Assembly: GCA_013239625.1 (NCBI GenBank)
Contig: MU056756.1
Location: forward strand, 496,001-560,000
Source of the DNA: Lama guanicoe
Lineage: Eukaryota
DNA: 64,000 nucleotides
Direction of reading: 5' to 3'
Below the pieces are notes generated by a model. It did not search any database and had not been told where the DNA came from. It saw nothing but the letters and a program-made list of their open reading frames with translations. Shown one piece after another: positions 25,201 through 38,300 of this stretch. Made by a program: the position numbers and the translations under genes. Position 1 is the stretch's first letter; each line of letters begins with the position of its first letter.

Positions 25201-28200
25201 CCAGTGTTTGCAGTGAGGACCGTCAGAGGTTGGAGGGGAGCCCTGCTGAGCTGAGACTCGTGGCAGGTGTGGACGGGGCTGTGGGGAGGCTCCCGGAGGG
25301 CTGGCCCAGTGCGAGGAAGCCCTCCTCCCCCGTCGTGTGGCCTGTGAGTACGAAAGGCCCGCTCTCTGGGGTGATTTCCACGGATGCCTCCGAGAGCAGC
25401 TCAGAACGTAATGCAACCTGCTGTTCTGAGTAGGTTATTGTCAGGGTCAACCCAGTGCCTCCACAACACGCGCGACAGAGTGGAGTGCACACCGGGGTGT
25501 GCGGGGGAGGGCCTTGAGGGTCATTACGTATTCAAAACCAGAGGCCCTGAAATTAAGTGGATTATTCTGGAGTGCAGTCATTTGCAAACTCAACCTGGTG
25601 ACATCTTACAGAACCTCCCCTGGGGTCCCTTGAAAGAGGCAGCGTGCTCAGTCTCGCCGGTGGCACTCGTGACCCAGTGTGACACTGCATCCGGGCCCAA
25701 GAGGGAACAGAGACGCTCTCGCACAGCCGGAGAGTTTGGAACCGCTGCCTCCCATGTAATCAGAGCGTTCGTCAGGGGCGGGGCGGGGCGCCGCAGTGGA
25801 GATTAGCTGGCATCAGCAGTTCTCATTAGGATGCGGTATTGCATTTTGGCAAAATGTGTTTGGAATAATAACCAGTTCCGAGGCATTTCAACATATTCCC
25901 AAAATGTGAAGCACCAGGCTGGAATTCTAAAAAAAAAAAAGGTTTTAAAGCCCTCTCATTAGACAGTTCACTTTGATTTCTGTCTCCATAGAAACTGGAT
26001 GTTCAGACGCATTAAGATATTTTTGTCTTTGGAGTTTTGTACGCCTTGGAGCTTGGGCATGTGTGCAGACAAAAAGCCAGATGCAGCGCGCAGTGTGTGA
26101 GGCGCACGTCGGGCGACAGGGTTCACCCAGAAGACGGGACGGTGCTTCCGCTGTCAGGAGGCTGACTCCGGCGTGGACTCTGGGGAGTGACAGAACCACA
26201 GGGCCTTCCGGACACTGGCCGGGGAGGGCCCCGGGCTTCTCAGCAACCAGCTGTCCACACCGGGTGCGACACGCATGTCAGCAGTGAGGCTGTCTGGGGA
26301 CGTCACCTCCCGTGTCGCCAACAGCACTGCTCCTCAGAGAAGGCGTCCCCTCCCAGCCTGCAGTGAGGCCCCTGCTTCCCCTGTAAAGTTTTGATCTTTT
26401 TTTTGGGACTCTACTGAAACCTCTTGTCCTTAAGTGCATTTGAAGGCAAGGCGTTTGTTGGTGCAAAGGGAAACAGAGCCCCAGCCTGCTTTCTGGTGGG
26501 TGGTAGCGATTTGCTGAGCTGAGTGTTTATTTCGAGGAAAACAGATTTTTCTCACATAAAATGCCTACAGGTTCTCGAGCTCCTCGGCAGGGGAAGGAGA
26601 CAAGGGAGCAGGTGCAGGCAGGCGACGCGCTGCTTTTACCTCGCTTCCCCTCTAACCCATGTGTGTTCCCGTTGGGGCGGGAACTCCAGGTGGGAGCCGG
26701 GGAGAAGGCAGGGCCGAGCCACTGGGAAGGAGCCCAGGGGAGCAGGCGGAAGTCGATTCCCGCCTGGTTTCCTGCCCACGCGGGGGTCCTGGCCGACCTG
26801 CGGCGGCGAAGGCAGGAGCTGGCGGGTCTCTGTCCGGGTGTGGCCGCGCCCCCGTGTGTGGGCGGAGGTTCAGTCGAGGACCGGCTGGTGGCCAGTCTCC
26901 TGCAGGACATCCCACTGAAGAAGACCCAAGTCACTATGTGGACTCTCACCCCAGCAGTAACCCGTTCCTCTGCCCGGCCTGGCGGCTTCGTGGGTTAAGC
27001 TCCCGCGGCCGCTTGGCGCTTCATTCGGAATCGACCTCCCGGACGGTTTCCTAAGCAGCAGATTCTGCTTGTTTTGCAAACAGGAAGCAGCGTGCGCGAG
27101 GCCCTCCGCTCAGCGGAGGACGCGTCTCCTAACTGCAGCGGCTTCGCCGGCCAGAGACACTCGCACCGCAGCGCCTCCCTTCTTCCGGCTGCCAGCGCTG
27201 CGTTTGCTCATCCTGCTCTCCTAAGGAGAACTGAAATCCCGTCAGTCTCAGTGAGTGAGTAACACAGAGTGGGCGTCACAGCAGAGGGTTCTCAAGGCAG
27301 TCACACAGCTGTCCACGCTGAGTCCAGTGTGTGCTCTGCTGCTTGCAAACAAGGGACTCTTGGGACCATTACAGTGTAGTCTTGGAAGTGGCCGATTTCA
27401 TAGTGAAAATGGTTTCAGAAAAGCACAGTGAGAAGGATCACCTTTGAGCAGCAAACTAAGCTTTTTAATTAAAAAAAATAGGGCTGCCAAAGAAACGAAA
27501 CTGCATTTACTGAAAAATGAAACAAGACAGACTGTTGGTGAGCCGTCTAGCGCTAGTGCTTGATGATCACCGAGCAGCAGACGTCTCTGTGGTCGGCCCT
27601 CGGCGGTCTCTCACCGTGAGCCCGCGTCTGCAGCCGGGCCCGGGAGCCCAGGAGGTGCCCGGGTCCGTGCTCAGGCCCGAGGGCCTCCCTGAGCGCCCCC
27701 GGCCTGCGGCCCTGGCTTTGTCCTCTGTGGGCCTCGGGTAACTTCCTAGCAGACCCCTACCTCCGCGGAGTTGCAGGACTTCTCAGGGCTCCCTGCATCC
27801 AAGCAGACCACACCCCTTAGAGCCGGCCTCTGTGTGCGCTCTTTTTCACCCCCATTTTATTCATCCTGCTTCTTTATGTTTTAAAAGGTCTAAATCCAAA
27901 GGGTGGTCCTGGCCGTGAAGCACAAAAACGGTCATTGGTGGTCACCATAAAAACAGCTGCAGAGAGGAAACCGGGTTGTGAGCCCTGCGTTGTCCTGTTG
28001 TAAGCGGCGCCCCGAGCTCTCACGCAGGCTGCGCACGCCCTAGGACGAGAAAAAGCGTAATGAGAAATGCATTCCATCCTGTTAGTGTGTACCCTGTCTC
28101 CTAGAAACATAGGTTTATAGCCTTAATTAGTAGCTTAAAGATCCATTTCGAATACTAATAGGACAAGCTGATGGCACCAAATCAAGGCTACAGCTCTGAT

Positions 28201-28899
28201 ATGACAGATGGTTCCTTGCAAACATGGTTTCAACCAGCTTTATTTCCAGAGAAGCCGAGATCCGCTATTTACTAAAAATGGCATCTTTCTTGGTGGTGTT
28301 TTTCCTTCATTCTGAGTTACCTGCCATGCTGCTCTACCCTTCTGATGCAAAGTGTAGCGTTCTCGGTGAAGAGCCGCAGCCCAGCACCCCTCAGCACCCC
28401 TGCCCCTTCGTCCTGAGACACGTCTTCTCCCTCCGAGGCCGTCCTCGCGAGAGCGGAGCAGAGCTGCCGTCTGCAGGCACGGGCTGCACGCTGCCGCCTT
28501 CCTCACGCGTCCCGTGTTCGAGGGAACACACGTTTCCATGGCTCGCAGAAGTGACACAGACAGGTGCTAAAAGCAGCCACTCCGGTTTTGTGCCAGTTCT
28601 CTGGTCTTCAGCAGACCTATGTGTTCTTCCTGCCGTGTGTTTGGAAATAGCCAACATTTTGAAGTTTTTAGTAATTCAGTCATTCCGTTAGGTTAGTGCT
28701 CTGAGTCACTGTGCATCTTCCCATGGGGAGGACAAACCCTTGCTGCGTTTTCTGACTTCAGCCGGAAGTTACCCTCATGTGTATTATCCTCTCCTTTTAG
28801 TGCATCGAACAGGAGGGGTGACATATTTCACTGATTTTGACCTTTCGAAATGGCATATCCCGTGGTCCACCCGAACGTGTTTAGATGCTGGTGTTAGCT

Positions 28900-28985
28900 G
28901 GCATTGTGCATAACGGCTGGGCTTCAGGAGTTCATGAAACCCTAAAATTTTCTGCAGAATGGTGTGGAGATGTCTGTACTTTGTG
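28900..28985 (+). mobile_element. Charlie4z-like DNA transposon fragment
   Basis: ggctgggcttcaggagttcatgaaaccctaaaattttctgcagaatggtgtg resembles the recalled consensus ggatgggcttcagggggtccgtgaaccccctgaaattgtatgcaaaattttgtg. Confidence 0.45.
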
Positions 28986-30280
28986 TCAGTCTGAGCAACC
29001 TCCGACTCTCCCACGAGTGTCTACCTGGACCGTCTGGGGTTTGCAGGGGCTAGACATGCAGGTGGTCCTCCCTCAGCCCCAGGGACACCGTGACGGCAGG
29101 CTTAGCAGGACTTGGGGGGCTCGTCCAGCATCTGGAGGGGCCAAGAGGAATGGGCAAGGGGAGCCGGGAAGGGGATTTCAGGCAGAGGAGGGCGAGGCGT
29201 TCAGGGAGTGCTCTGCGGTGCTTGCACACCCCTGGGCACCCTGGCCAGCTCTTGTGCCCGCTTCCCTGACTGACGCCCGTCCTGGGCTGGAGGAACACGT
29301 CCACGCGAGGGGTCGCCACACTCTGCTGAGCCTCTGCCCTCTCCAGTGCTGTGGGGTTGGGAACTCACACGCCTCCTCCCCAGGAGCCAGTCTGGAGCCA
29401 GCTGCGTCCCGAGAGGGCGTGTTGGCCACTCACTGCTGGGAAACGCTGACTGGACTAGGGTCCATTTCGCCCCCAAATTAGCCGCCATACCAAGCAGGTA
29501 TTATCTGTAGAATTGAGTGAGTGAGTGAACACGGGAAATACGACCAGGCTGAGCCCAGGGACAGTCTGTCGGCTCCATCTGGACTTGCTCTTCCGGCTTT
29601 AAGTCCTGTGCTTTCGTCATGAGGAGCAGACGGTGCAGGGAAGGCTTAGCAGCCCTGCTGGCATTAAATGGAATGAAGTTAGGAAACACTCCTGCCTTGG
29701 TTTTGATAGAATGACTCCAGTAGTGACCGGACAACAGGAAAACCTTCTAACACGTTATCTGAAACAGTCCTTAAATTCTAGGTGCCCGTCCCCAGTCATT
29801 TAAGAACCGGGTCTGTCCACCTTAAACTATTTTACATTAAGACCACTCACCCGAACACACCGTCATTGCTACCCTGTATCCAGCAGGTTGGCGCTGAACT
29901 CGTGTCTTGTAATTAATTGTTTTGGTTAGCTGTGGAGAAACAAATGTTAATGGAGTTTTTATTTTAATTTTTAAAAATTATTTAAACAAATATTTATCCA
30001 GACACCTGCTAGGATAAATACATCTTCTTCATCGTATTTCACATTGTCCTCACAGCCCCTGAGGATTAAGATGATAAGAAAATAAGCTCCTGTGAAGTGA
30101 AGTGACCCCCCAGCCCTGGGCTGGGGGGACAGGGGCACAGGGCTTCCCGTTTCTGCCGCCTCACAGCTGCAGACACACTGGGTCAAACTGCCATGACTGA
30201 TGGCCGTTCCGTTCAGAGTTTTCATGGTATGTTTTTAGTTTGTAGGAATGGTGGCCTTGAGTCGTCTCTATGCATAGATA

Positions 30281-30787
30281 TCATTACTGAGGCCAAACTC
30301 CTCCTGCTCACCGCACGACAGGCCAGTAGACTGGGAGACGAGGTGCTTGGGCAGGAATGACGACTTCATTGGGAAAGCCGGCAGACCGAGAAGATGGGGG
30401 GCCAGTGTCCCCAAGCAGAATTCAGGCCCCTCTTATACTAGAAAGGGGAGCGGGTGCTTGGTGGTGGCAAACTTCCTGGTGTCGGAATCCTTTGTTCTTG
30501 CCGCTTGTCCGCTGTCCGCGTGGGTCAGGCCCTGGCGTCCCTGTAAACCTCCAGCGAGACAAGTGTGATTCTCTGTCCTGCAACGTCTTCTCTCTGTGAA
30601 TGGGAAGGTGTCCTGCCCTTGCAGGTCAGAGCCGTGAGAGTGGGCTCTCCTGTGTGTTTCAGGCTCTAGGCGACATTCTGTTAACAAAAGGTGCAGAACC
30701 AGCAGGACTCAGCCCAGGAGACGGAGCCCAGGGCTGGAGCCACAGGAACGGATCCAACACGGAGTCAGGTGTGCCCTTCCCATTACA
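30281..30787 (-). mobile_element. ERV1-class solo LTR (cetartiodactyl type), antisense to DLGAP2
   Basis: About 500 bp ending ...cccattaca, which is TG on the minus strand. Recognisable blocks are ctgctcaccgcacgacaggcc, gaaagccggcagaccgagaagatgg, ggaatcctttgttcttgc and ggtcagagccgtgagagtgggct. Minus-strand TATA-like tataag near 30432-30437 and decayed polyA signal at 30365-30370. Flanks gata/gaca match 3 of 4. Confidence 0.75.
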
Positions 30788-31199
30788 GACAGATGCGTGT
30801 AGATAACTCCTTTACGCTGGATTAGGGCAGTATTTCCTGAACTTCGTAGAGATGAAACCACGTGACCTTTGTGGTGCAGTCCTTTGGAGAACCTGCAGTG
30901 GAGCTGAGTACAGAATCATTATTATTTTTTAAGTTGGAATATCCTCTGGATGAAGACTGCGGGACCCACATGGAAGGAAGCTAGTCATCTGTCCACTTGT
31001 ATCACCGGTGCATTTTCTTCTTCAATATAATTTCCACACAGAAGTCTGGGTTTATAGGGATACAGAAAACACAGTGTCTAGAGCATAAACAGCGAAAGCT
31101 AAATTTTAGAAGAACTGAAATTGGGAAACCTAGGCCGGGTTTCCTGGTTCCATAACCAAGCCGTCGCTGAGCGTGGTGAAGCGACAGATCCAGTGACGG

Positions 31200-31730
31200 A
31201 GGAGGAAGAAGGAGGCGCTGGATTCACGCTGACGAGGACGCGGTTCCCGCAGTTCTCCCGGCTGGCGGCTGCATCGGGCGGATGTAAATTGGTTTAATTC
31301 CTCCCGCGCGGAGCTCGGCCTCGGCTCGGGCTGCGCCTCCCGGTTGCTTGGCAACAGGTGCTGCGGGTGGGCGGGCGGACCACTCCGGGAGGCACGACGC
31401 CCCGGCCCCGCCCGCGGGCACAGCCGCGCGAGGTTGGAGGGTCCGTGGCATTTTCAGTGGGTTGGTTCCAGGAGCAAATGCGACTTTGCAGCAAATGACT
31501 GAAACAGACGATGCCCATCTCGTTCCGTGAGGAATTTTAAGCAACAATAAAAATCGGTCCGGGCGTGGACTCAGGCAGCGGCCCCCACGAGTTGGTGTCT
31601 TCTTGGCGGTAACGGAGCGCCGAGCGCGAGGCCGTATGTTCTGTAAAGCGCGCGCACCCGCCGAGTGCGCTGGAGACGCTTGAACAAGCGGCGCGCACAG
31701 CCCTCCCGCGTCGGCTGCGCTGCCTGTGGC
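31200..31730. promoter_or_regulatory. CpG-island-like element with an RFX X-box and GC boxes
   Basis: Very dense CpG. GTTGCTTGGCAAC at 31343-31355 fits the RFX palindrome, with gggcgg/ccgccc boxes nearby. Confidence 0.55.
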
Positions 31731-31947
31731 CCCAGGAGTCCCCCCGGGGCCACTGTGCTGGTTCCCTGTCCACTCGTAGCGTAGGGACAGTCTCACCTGA
31801 GGCTTTGACTTCGTTTCCAGCCGGCGACCCCGGTGGTGTGGGCGTCATACTGAGGGAACCTCAGCCCCTAGTAGCTCCAGTCCCATGAGACGTGACATGG
31901 GGAGACCCCAGCCTTGCCCAAGTCCTGCTCGCCAGTGCCTACCTGAA

Positions 31948-32364
31948 CGGATCTGTGTCCTGTGGCTGCCACAACAGATGACCCCGAACTGGGGGCTTCA
32001 GCGACAGTGTATCCTCTCACAGCCTGGAAGCCACAAGTCCAGCGTCAAGGTGTCGGCAGGGCCGAGCTCCCTCCGAAGGCTCCGAGGAAGGGACCCTCCC
32101 TTCCTCTTCCAGTGCCGGGTGTTTGCTCGTGACCCCTGGCAGCCTCGGCTGTGGACGCATCGCTCCAGTCGCTCCCTCTGGGGTCATGTGGTCGTCTTCC
32201 TGCGTCTCTGCGGAAAGCTCTCTCTCCTTAAAACACCAGTCATTAGATTCAGGGCCCCCCTCCACCCAGCGTGGCCTCACCTGAGCTGGATCCCACCTGC
32301 GAAGACCAGGGTCACAGGCGCAGGTGCGGGGGCGGGCGTGGGGGACACGGTTGTCCTCACAGCA
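31948..32364 (-). mobile_element. MaLR solo LTR, MLT1 family (MLT1B/C-like)
   Basis: Typical blocks: tcctgtggctgccacaacagatgaccccgaactgggggctt, tctcacagcctggaagccacaagtcc, caaggtgtcggcagggccgagctccctccgaaggctc, acaccagtcattagattcagggccc and gggggacacggttgtcctcacagca. Confidence 0.8.
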
Positions 32365-35300
32365 GTTGACATCAGTCTTTCTAAGTAAGAAGCACACCCT
32401 GCAAACGTCCTGCATGTCAGGCTCCAGGGTGTGAAGACCTGGCAGAGCCCCAGCCCTGGAGCTTCAGGGGAAGACCCATTGGGTCCAGACCCACGTCCCT
32501 CAGTCCAGCTCCTGCACAGAAAAGAGCAGTGGCCGTGGCCAGCTACCCAGCAACAGCCAGCTGCTCCCCAGCTCCAGGGAACGGTCTGCAGCACTGGACT
32601 CTGAGAGGCTTGATGCACAGAGAGAACCCTGTCCGAGAAAGAAGGCTGTTTTGTGTTGATTCCTCCAGGAAGACTGCAGGGGCCGCCACCTCCTCCAGGA
32701 AGTCCACCAGCACCGGGCACCACATGCAGCCGACTGTCGCCATTGTGCCTCCCTAGTTCTACTCAGGGGATGATCTTCACCGAGGACGAGGGAAAGTGGC
32801 TCAGAGACAAAGGCCTGCTGCTGAGGCCTTACCCGTCCTTCCGTTGTCGAGGCTCACCTTCCTCAGGACATCTCCGACGTCGTTTTCCTGGAAGTTCTCC
32901 AGCAACGCGGCATCGTGCTGCTCTAACCCCAAGATTATTTTCTGTCAGAGGCGCCTCCTCTGCATTTACCCAGGAATTCGTTATTGTACTAAGTGTGTGG
33001 TTTGTTGCCGTGAATAAAATCACCCTCCAACAATGGGCCTCGCCAAAGTGTTTCCACGGCATACGGGGAATTAACTGACAGAGATCCGTCTGTGACCCTC
33101 CCCAGCCGGCTGGCCCACGTCTCCTCCCCCAGGAGTTGCGTGCGCAGGAACCCTGTAAAACTCAGTCACGGAGGGTCACTCGCGGGCACGAGCCCTGCCA
33201 GGTGGCGGCTGCTTCCTGCTGCCTGTCGGGTCTGTTGGCTGTGACTGTCTCCTGGTCCCCCGGTGAAGGGCTCGGTTGCACCCTCGAGTCCCTGTTTTTC
33301 AGCCATTCTGCACCCACAAGGCCTCGTTGTCCACCCTCGTGGGAGTGGAATTCATTCCGAGTGGTCGGCGCTGTGACAGAAGAGCTGGTAGATAATTTTA
33401 TTTCCACCTCTGCGGAAACACAATACTTGGTCGAGCATTCGCTTCTTCATACCCTCGTACAATAGCTCAGATCCGACCAAACCAGTGGGCTGGTGGCAAA
33501 CAGAAGCACGCTTTGCCCTTCATTCTATCTTCTGTTAAATATTTGCTGCTTGACTAAGTCCTCGAGCAGTGGAGTGGTTTACCAGAATGAAAGTGACAGT
33601 GAGCGGCCACCCAGCGCCGTCCTGCCATTCTATGAGCTTTAGTCCCGAGCTGGCGTCCTGTGATGTAGGGCGTGCCAACCAGCTTTCCCATCCCTGTGAT
33701 CCCGCTGCCCAGTGGCTGCTGGCCCCAGACCGTCCCCAGGGGGCTCCCCGTCCGGTCACTCTGGCGCCACCTCTGACTCCGCATCCTTTCTCAGCCCCGT
33801 CTTCCCCCAGCACTGGCTGCTCCTCTGTGCGTCTCACCTGTGGGCCCAAACGTAAGTGTAAAGCCCGTGCGTGTGGGCAGACCCAGCTCTCCAAGCCTCA
33901 GCTTCTTCCCCTGCCTTTTAGTTGGGGAGACAGGTGAGCGAGTTCTGCGTGTGGGTGACCTGGCCCCTGCCCGCTGTCTATAAACGATGATGGTTTTAAC
34001 GACTTCCTTGTCCAGCAGGGCATCACCAATTCATGCATGAACCCTTCACCGAATAAACACAATGTTAGCCCATGTCTGCACCAAGTCCAAGTAACCTGGT
34101 CGTGTCTGTGAGTTGAGGCAAAATTCTGTCCCCTGTGTGAAGCGAAGTGCAGATTTTGTCTGTGATGCTAGCAGCTGGCCCTCATCCCGCCCGGCCCCAC
34201 CCAGCCCTGCACATCTCGGAGTCACCAGACCGCTGGTCCCTCTGGCACTGGGAGCCTGTGAGTGCAGTCGGGTCTGCGCACCTGCACGCCTCCTGCACCC
34301 TCATTTGGGTTTGAGTCAGTGGCAGCTTCCTGGTGGAGGAAATGCTTCTCATCTGCTGAGAAATCGAGACAGGAAGACGGCTCCCGCATCTGGTTTTGGA
34401 GGAGCCGCACGGGTGCCTCGCTGGGCATTTCAGGGGGAGGCGTGGAGTGGGAACTGACTGCCCTCTGCTCAGAGTCCGGAGCGCTCCCCAGCGTCTGACG
34501 GCAGGGCCCAGGCAGCATCCTGCTGGCATCCGGAGATCGAGGAGATGTTTCCCAAATTGCATTATTTCTCACCAACTACTTGATGGTATTTCAAGATCTT
34601 TGTGATTCTAGATCTTTTACTAAAAATGGAAAGGTTCAATTTTCCAATGTCCCTTTGCTTTTCTTCTGGGACATCTCAGGGGCGCCTTCTGTTCGTCGCA
34701 GACGAAACTGTGTTCTGCCGTTACTCTCCCCAAGGTTGACCTTGCAGTGGACGGGGCGGTGATGTTCCTTCAGCGCCAGGAAAGGCGGGGCCCGGGAGCA
34801 GCTTCGAGGGGCAGCACCTCCGGCAGGACTGGAAGAGACCGTGCCGCAGCGCCCCCTGCGGGGTGGGGTTCAGGGCACCTGGGGGCCCCCTCTGACCTCA
34901 GGACGGAGGGTGCCCTTAAAAGCCAGGTGACTTGGTGAGCCTCTTGGCCTGAGGTGCTCGCGCTCAGAGCCGGTGAGTTCCTGAAGAGGCGTTGAGGAGC
35001 TTTTCTAACATCCTCCTGAAGTCTTACTACACTTACATCCACGGGTGATAACGTAACCCTGTGCCGTTCCTACAGCGCATCTGAAGCCACGTTAAGAAGT
35101 AGATCTGCTCCTGTAATGCCATCTCCTGCCTCCTCCCTCCGGGCTCCTGGGTGTCCCTGGACCCACTCTCCCGGGCAGGGCCTCTTCGTTTCTTGGCTGA
35201 GCACAGCGTGCGTGTTCGCAGCTGAGCCAAGCGAACTTCCACTGAGACCAGCTCGGCTGTTTCAATCCAGGCTTCCCCGTGGTGCCTCCCTCAGACAAGT

Positions 35301-38300
35301 GTCAGAGTACTGAAATCAGAGCGACACTCTAAAGACGCCGGGCTTCCCTCGGCGCCTCGCCTTGGGTCAGGCTGCGCGTGACCCCGTGCCCCTGTCCGAT
35401 TTCTCATCCGCTTTTGCTGAGTCACACTACGCCTCGCCGTCTGCGAGCGTCGCCGACGCCTGGAGTCTAAGTGCACGTGAGGGCAGGCTTAGTCTGAGAA
35501 GACCCGGGCAGAGCGGGGCACCGACCTTCTACAGCATTTCCCCTTTCACCCCTGCCTGCCCCGGGGGGCAGCCCCCTGCTCTGAGAGGGGCCGGGTCGTC
35601 CCCCGGGAGAGCCGCAGGGCCGCGGCGCGGGGGGCGCACTGTGGGCCCTGGGGCTCCCCATGCTCAGGGTGGGAAGGGTGCCCGGCTGCCCCTCGGACCC
35701 GCCCTCCCTGCCTCACTCAGGGCTCTGGCCAGGGCTGGAAGGGACTGGCCACCACGTGGAATCAGAGGCGTGTAGCGGGGGTCTCTCGTCCCGAACCGTG
35801 TTTGTGGTCAGTGCTGGGAGGGGGGCGGGAATGAGCACAGCTGGCCGCCACCCCGGCCCTGCTGCGTCCATGCACACTGCCCCCCCAGGCCTGTGACACC
35901 CCTGCCGCTCCCTCTCACCGTCCCCTGTGGCCGGCTCGCGTGGACTCGCTCCACCAGGGCTCCACTCCAGGGAGTCGCGCTCTTTTAAAACACGGCTGAG
36001 CCCATCGCTGAGCATCTGTCTGATCTGGAGTTGAACTTCTCAGCAGCCACCTGTCGGGGCCAAGGACCAGCGGCACTCTCCCACCTGCGGGGACGAACGT
36101 GGACCCAAATAGCTTACTTACTTCCCCGACGTTTGTTTTCTCAGGCTTAAACATGTGGATTATTAGGGGCTCACAGACTCGGAGCGACCAGGAGGTAGAT
36201 CATGTGGCCCAGAGTCATGTGAAAAGTGGGAGATTAAAGATGAGGCCGATGGCGTTCAGCCCACAGCGGGAGAGCAGGCCTGGTTCAGGCAGCAGCCGCC
36301 CCCAGGAAGAGAGCCCCTGCTCCCCTGTCTGGTGGACCGAGCGGGGTTGGGAGGCCTGGGGTCCACTTCTGTTTATGTTTCGTCCGTCTCCTCTGCCTCT
36401 GTGCTTCGTCCTTCTCACTCTTCACACACAAGGGGACAGTGGGACATTTGGAGATCACCCACCTTCCTCGTCCCTGACGGTCATCTTTCACTGCGATCAC
36501 CGAGTCTTTTAAACCGCCGAGGCCATCTGAAGTTGGCCCAAGTTGACGGCGGCGGGGCCATCCCCGTCTGACAGCTGGGAGGCCGTGGGCTGAGGGTCTT
36601 GCCCGCTGTCTGACTGGATACACGCAGGTTAGTGTGCAAATCTGGCCAAGCAGGCGGCTGTGGCCCTTGTCATCCAGCACAAAGTTTTCGAGAAGCAGTT
36701 TTTGGTTGACAGTATCTGAGCCGTCACGTGTGTGACCTTAGGTGCTGGTAACGGAAGAGCTCCTGCTGAGCCTCAGCTCCTGTTCGTTTCCTTGCGTTTC
36801 TCTCACGAAAGAGCCTGTTTGCTGTCTTTGTTATTTCTTCTTCCTGAGACGTCAGGTGACATCCTGCGGCCCATTGCAGGCTGCAGGCTGCCCTCCCTGT
36901 GTGCTGAGAACGTGTCCCCAGAGGACACGAGAGCCCAGGGAGTCGTTGCGAATCCTCTGGGCTCAGGCAAAGCGGGCTGTGTGGAGACATCACCTGTTTC
37001 CTCAGAAAGTCCGTCTCAGGTTCCCGTGGGGTTTTCGTAAGACTCCCCACTAGGTCAAGGCCGCAGCTTTGGCTCCTGGCTCTCCTGGGGGAGCCTGTGG
37101 GTTTCCTGAATTCCGGGTGAGGCGTGTCCTGATGGTATTAACCTCTCCACTGACGCCGTCTCCTCAGGGTCAGAGCTGTGCACAGCTGTGCTTGGTAACC
37201 CAGGAGGCCTTCCTGACGGAGGGGCTACTGTCCCGTCTCACTCCTTAATGCAGACGAGTCATCAGCCAGGCGCCAAGGAAGGTGGGGCTGGACCAAGGAA
37301 GGCTGTGAGACTGAGGGAGAAGTCGAAGGTCGGACAGCGCAGCCAAGTATGATTCACAGAACAGAAACTCGCGGAAGTATTATGAACATTCCCTAAACCA
37401 CACTAAAACAATCAGCAGCCTCGTCAGAGCCCAGAGCACAAGAGGCAGCACCACAGCTCCGAGGTGGCCGGCCCGGTGGTCCTCCCAGTGATGGGGGCGA
37501 GCGGCAGGTCCGGGGCCTGAAACGATGTCCCCTCTCCAGTCACGGAAGGCACTTCCTGAACTGCACTCGGCCACCGAAGGACACAGACAGGAGTTGTAAG
37601 TACGCACAGAAGAAGGAGTCAAGCAGCGTGACCGTTTGCAGCTGCTCAGGGCAGAAGTGGCCTCGGTGTCTTTGCACAAGGAGGCTCTGCCCTGAGCGGT
37701 TCTTGCACCTGCTGTCTGGGTGCTGAATCATCGCTCTTGCAGTTGTAGATGGGAGTCTGGAAATCCGGCCCATCGCTGAAGGGGTGGGGACAGAGTGTGC
37801 TCAGCCGAGAAGCCGATTGATTTGGTTTAGAAGCAGAGAAGGGAGCACGCCGTCCACTCCCCGAGGGATTGGTTCTGGGGGCAGTAAACCGCATCCTTCT
37901 GTTTCCTGCTGGTGCGTCGCTGATTTCTGTCTCCCTCGCCCCTCCTGTTACGCAGAGGGGTTGCCAGCCCTGAGTTGGAGAGAGTAGCTGATTAAGCCGG
38001 AGTCTTTTCCTTGGGCCTCATCCGAAGCCCCCGAGGTCCAAGCTGGCTCCTAGTCTCATGTTGTCTCTGCTGCATCTTGTTTGCAGCAAAGTAGTGTGAT
38101 GGCCAAGGGAGTTTGCCATGGAAACGCGCGTCTGGATGGAAGATCGGATAGCACTCGGTGTGCAGGGTTTACCGGGAGGCACCTCAGTTGCGCATCTAAC
38201 TGGGTTGTGCTGTGTGACTTCTTTTTTTCAGTAAAAGCCCCAGTCCACGTACTAAATGTTTTCCATATGTTAGTGTATCTAGTCCTTACAAGACCCTGCA

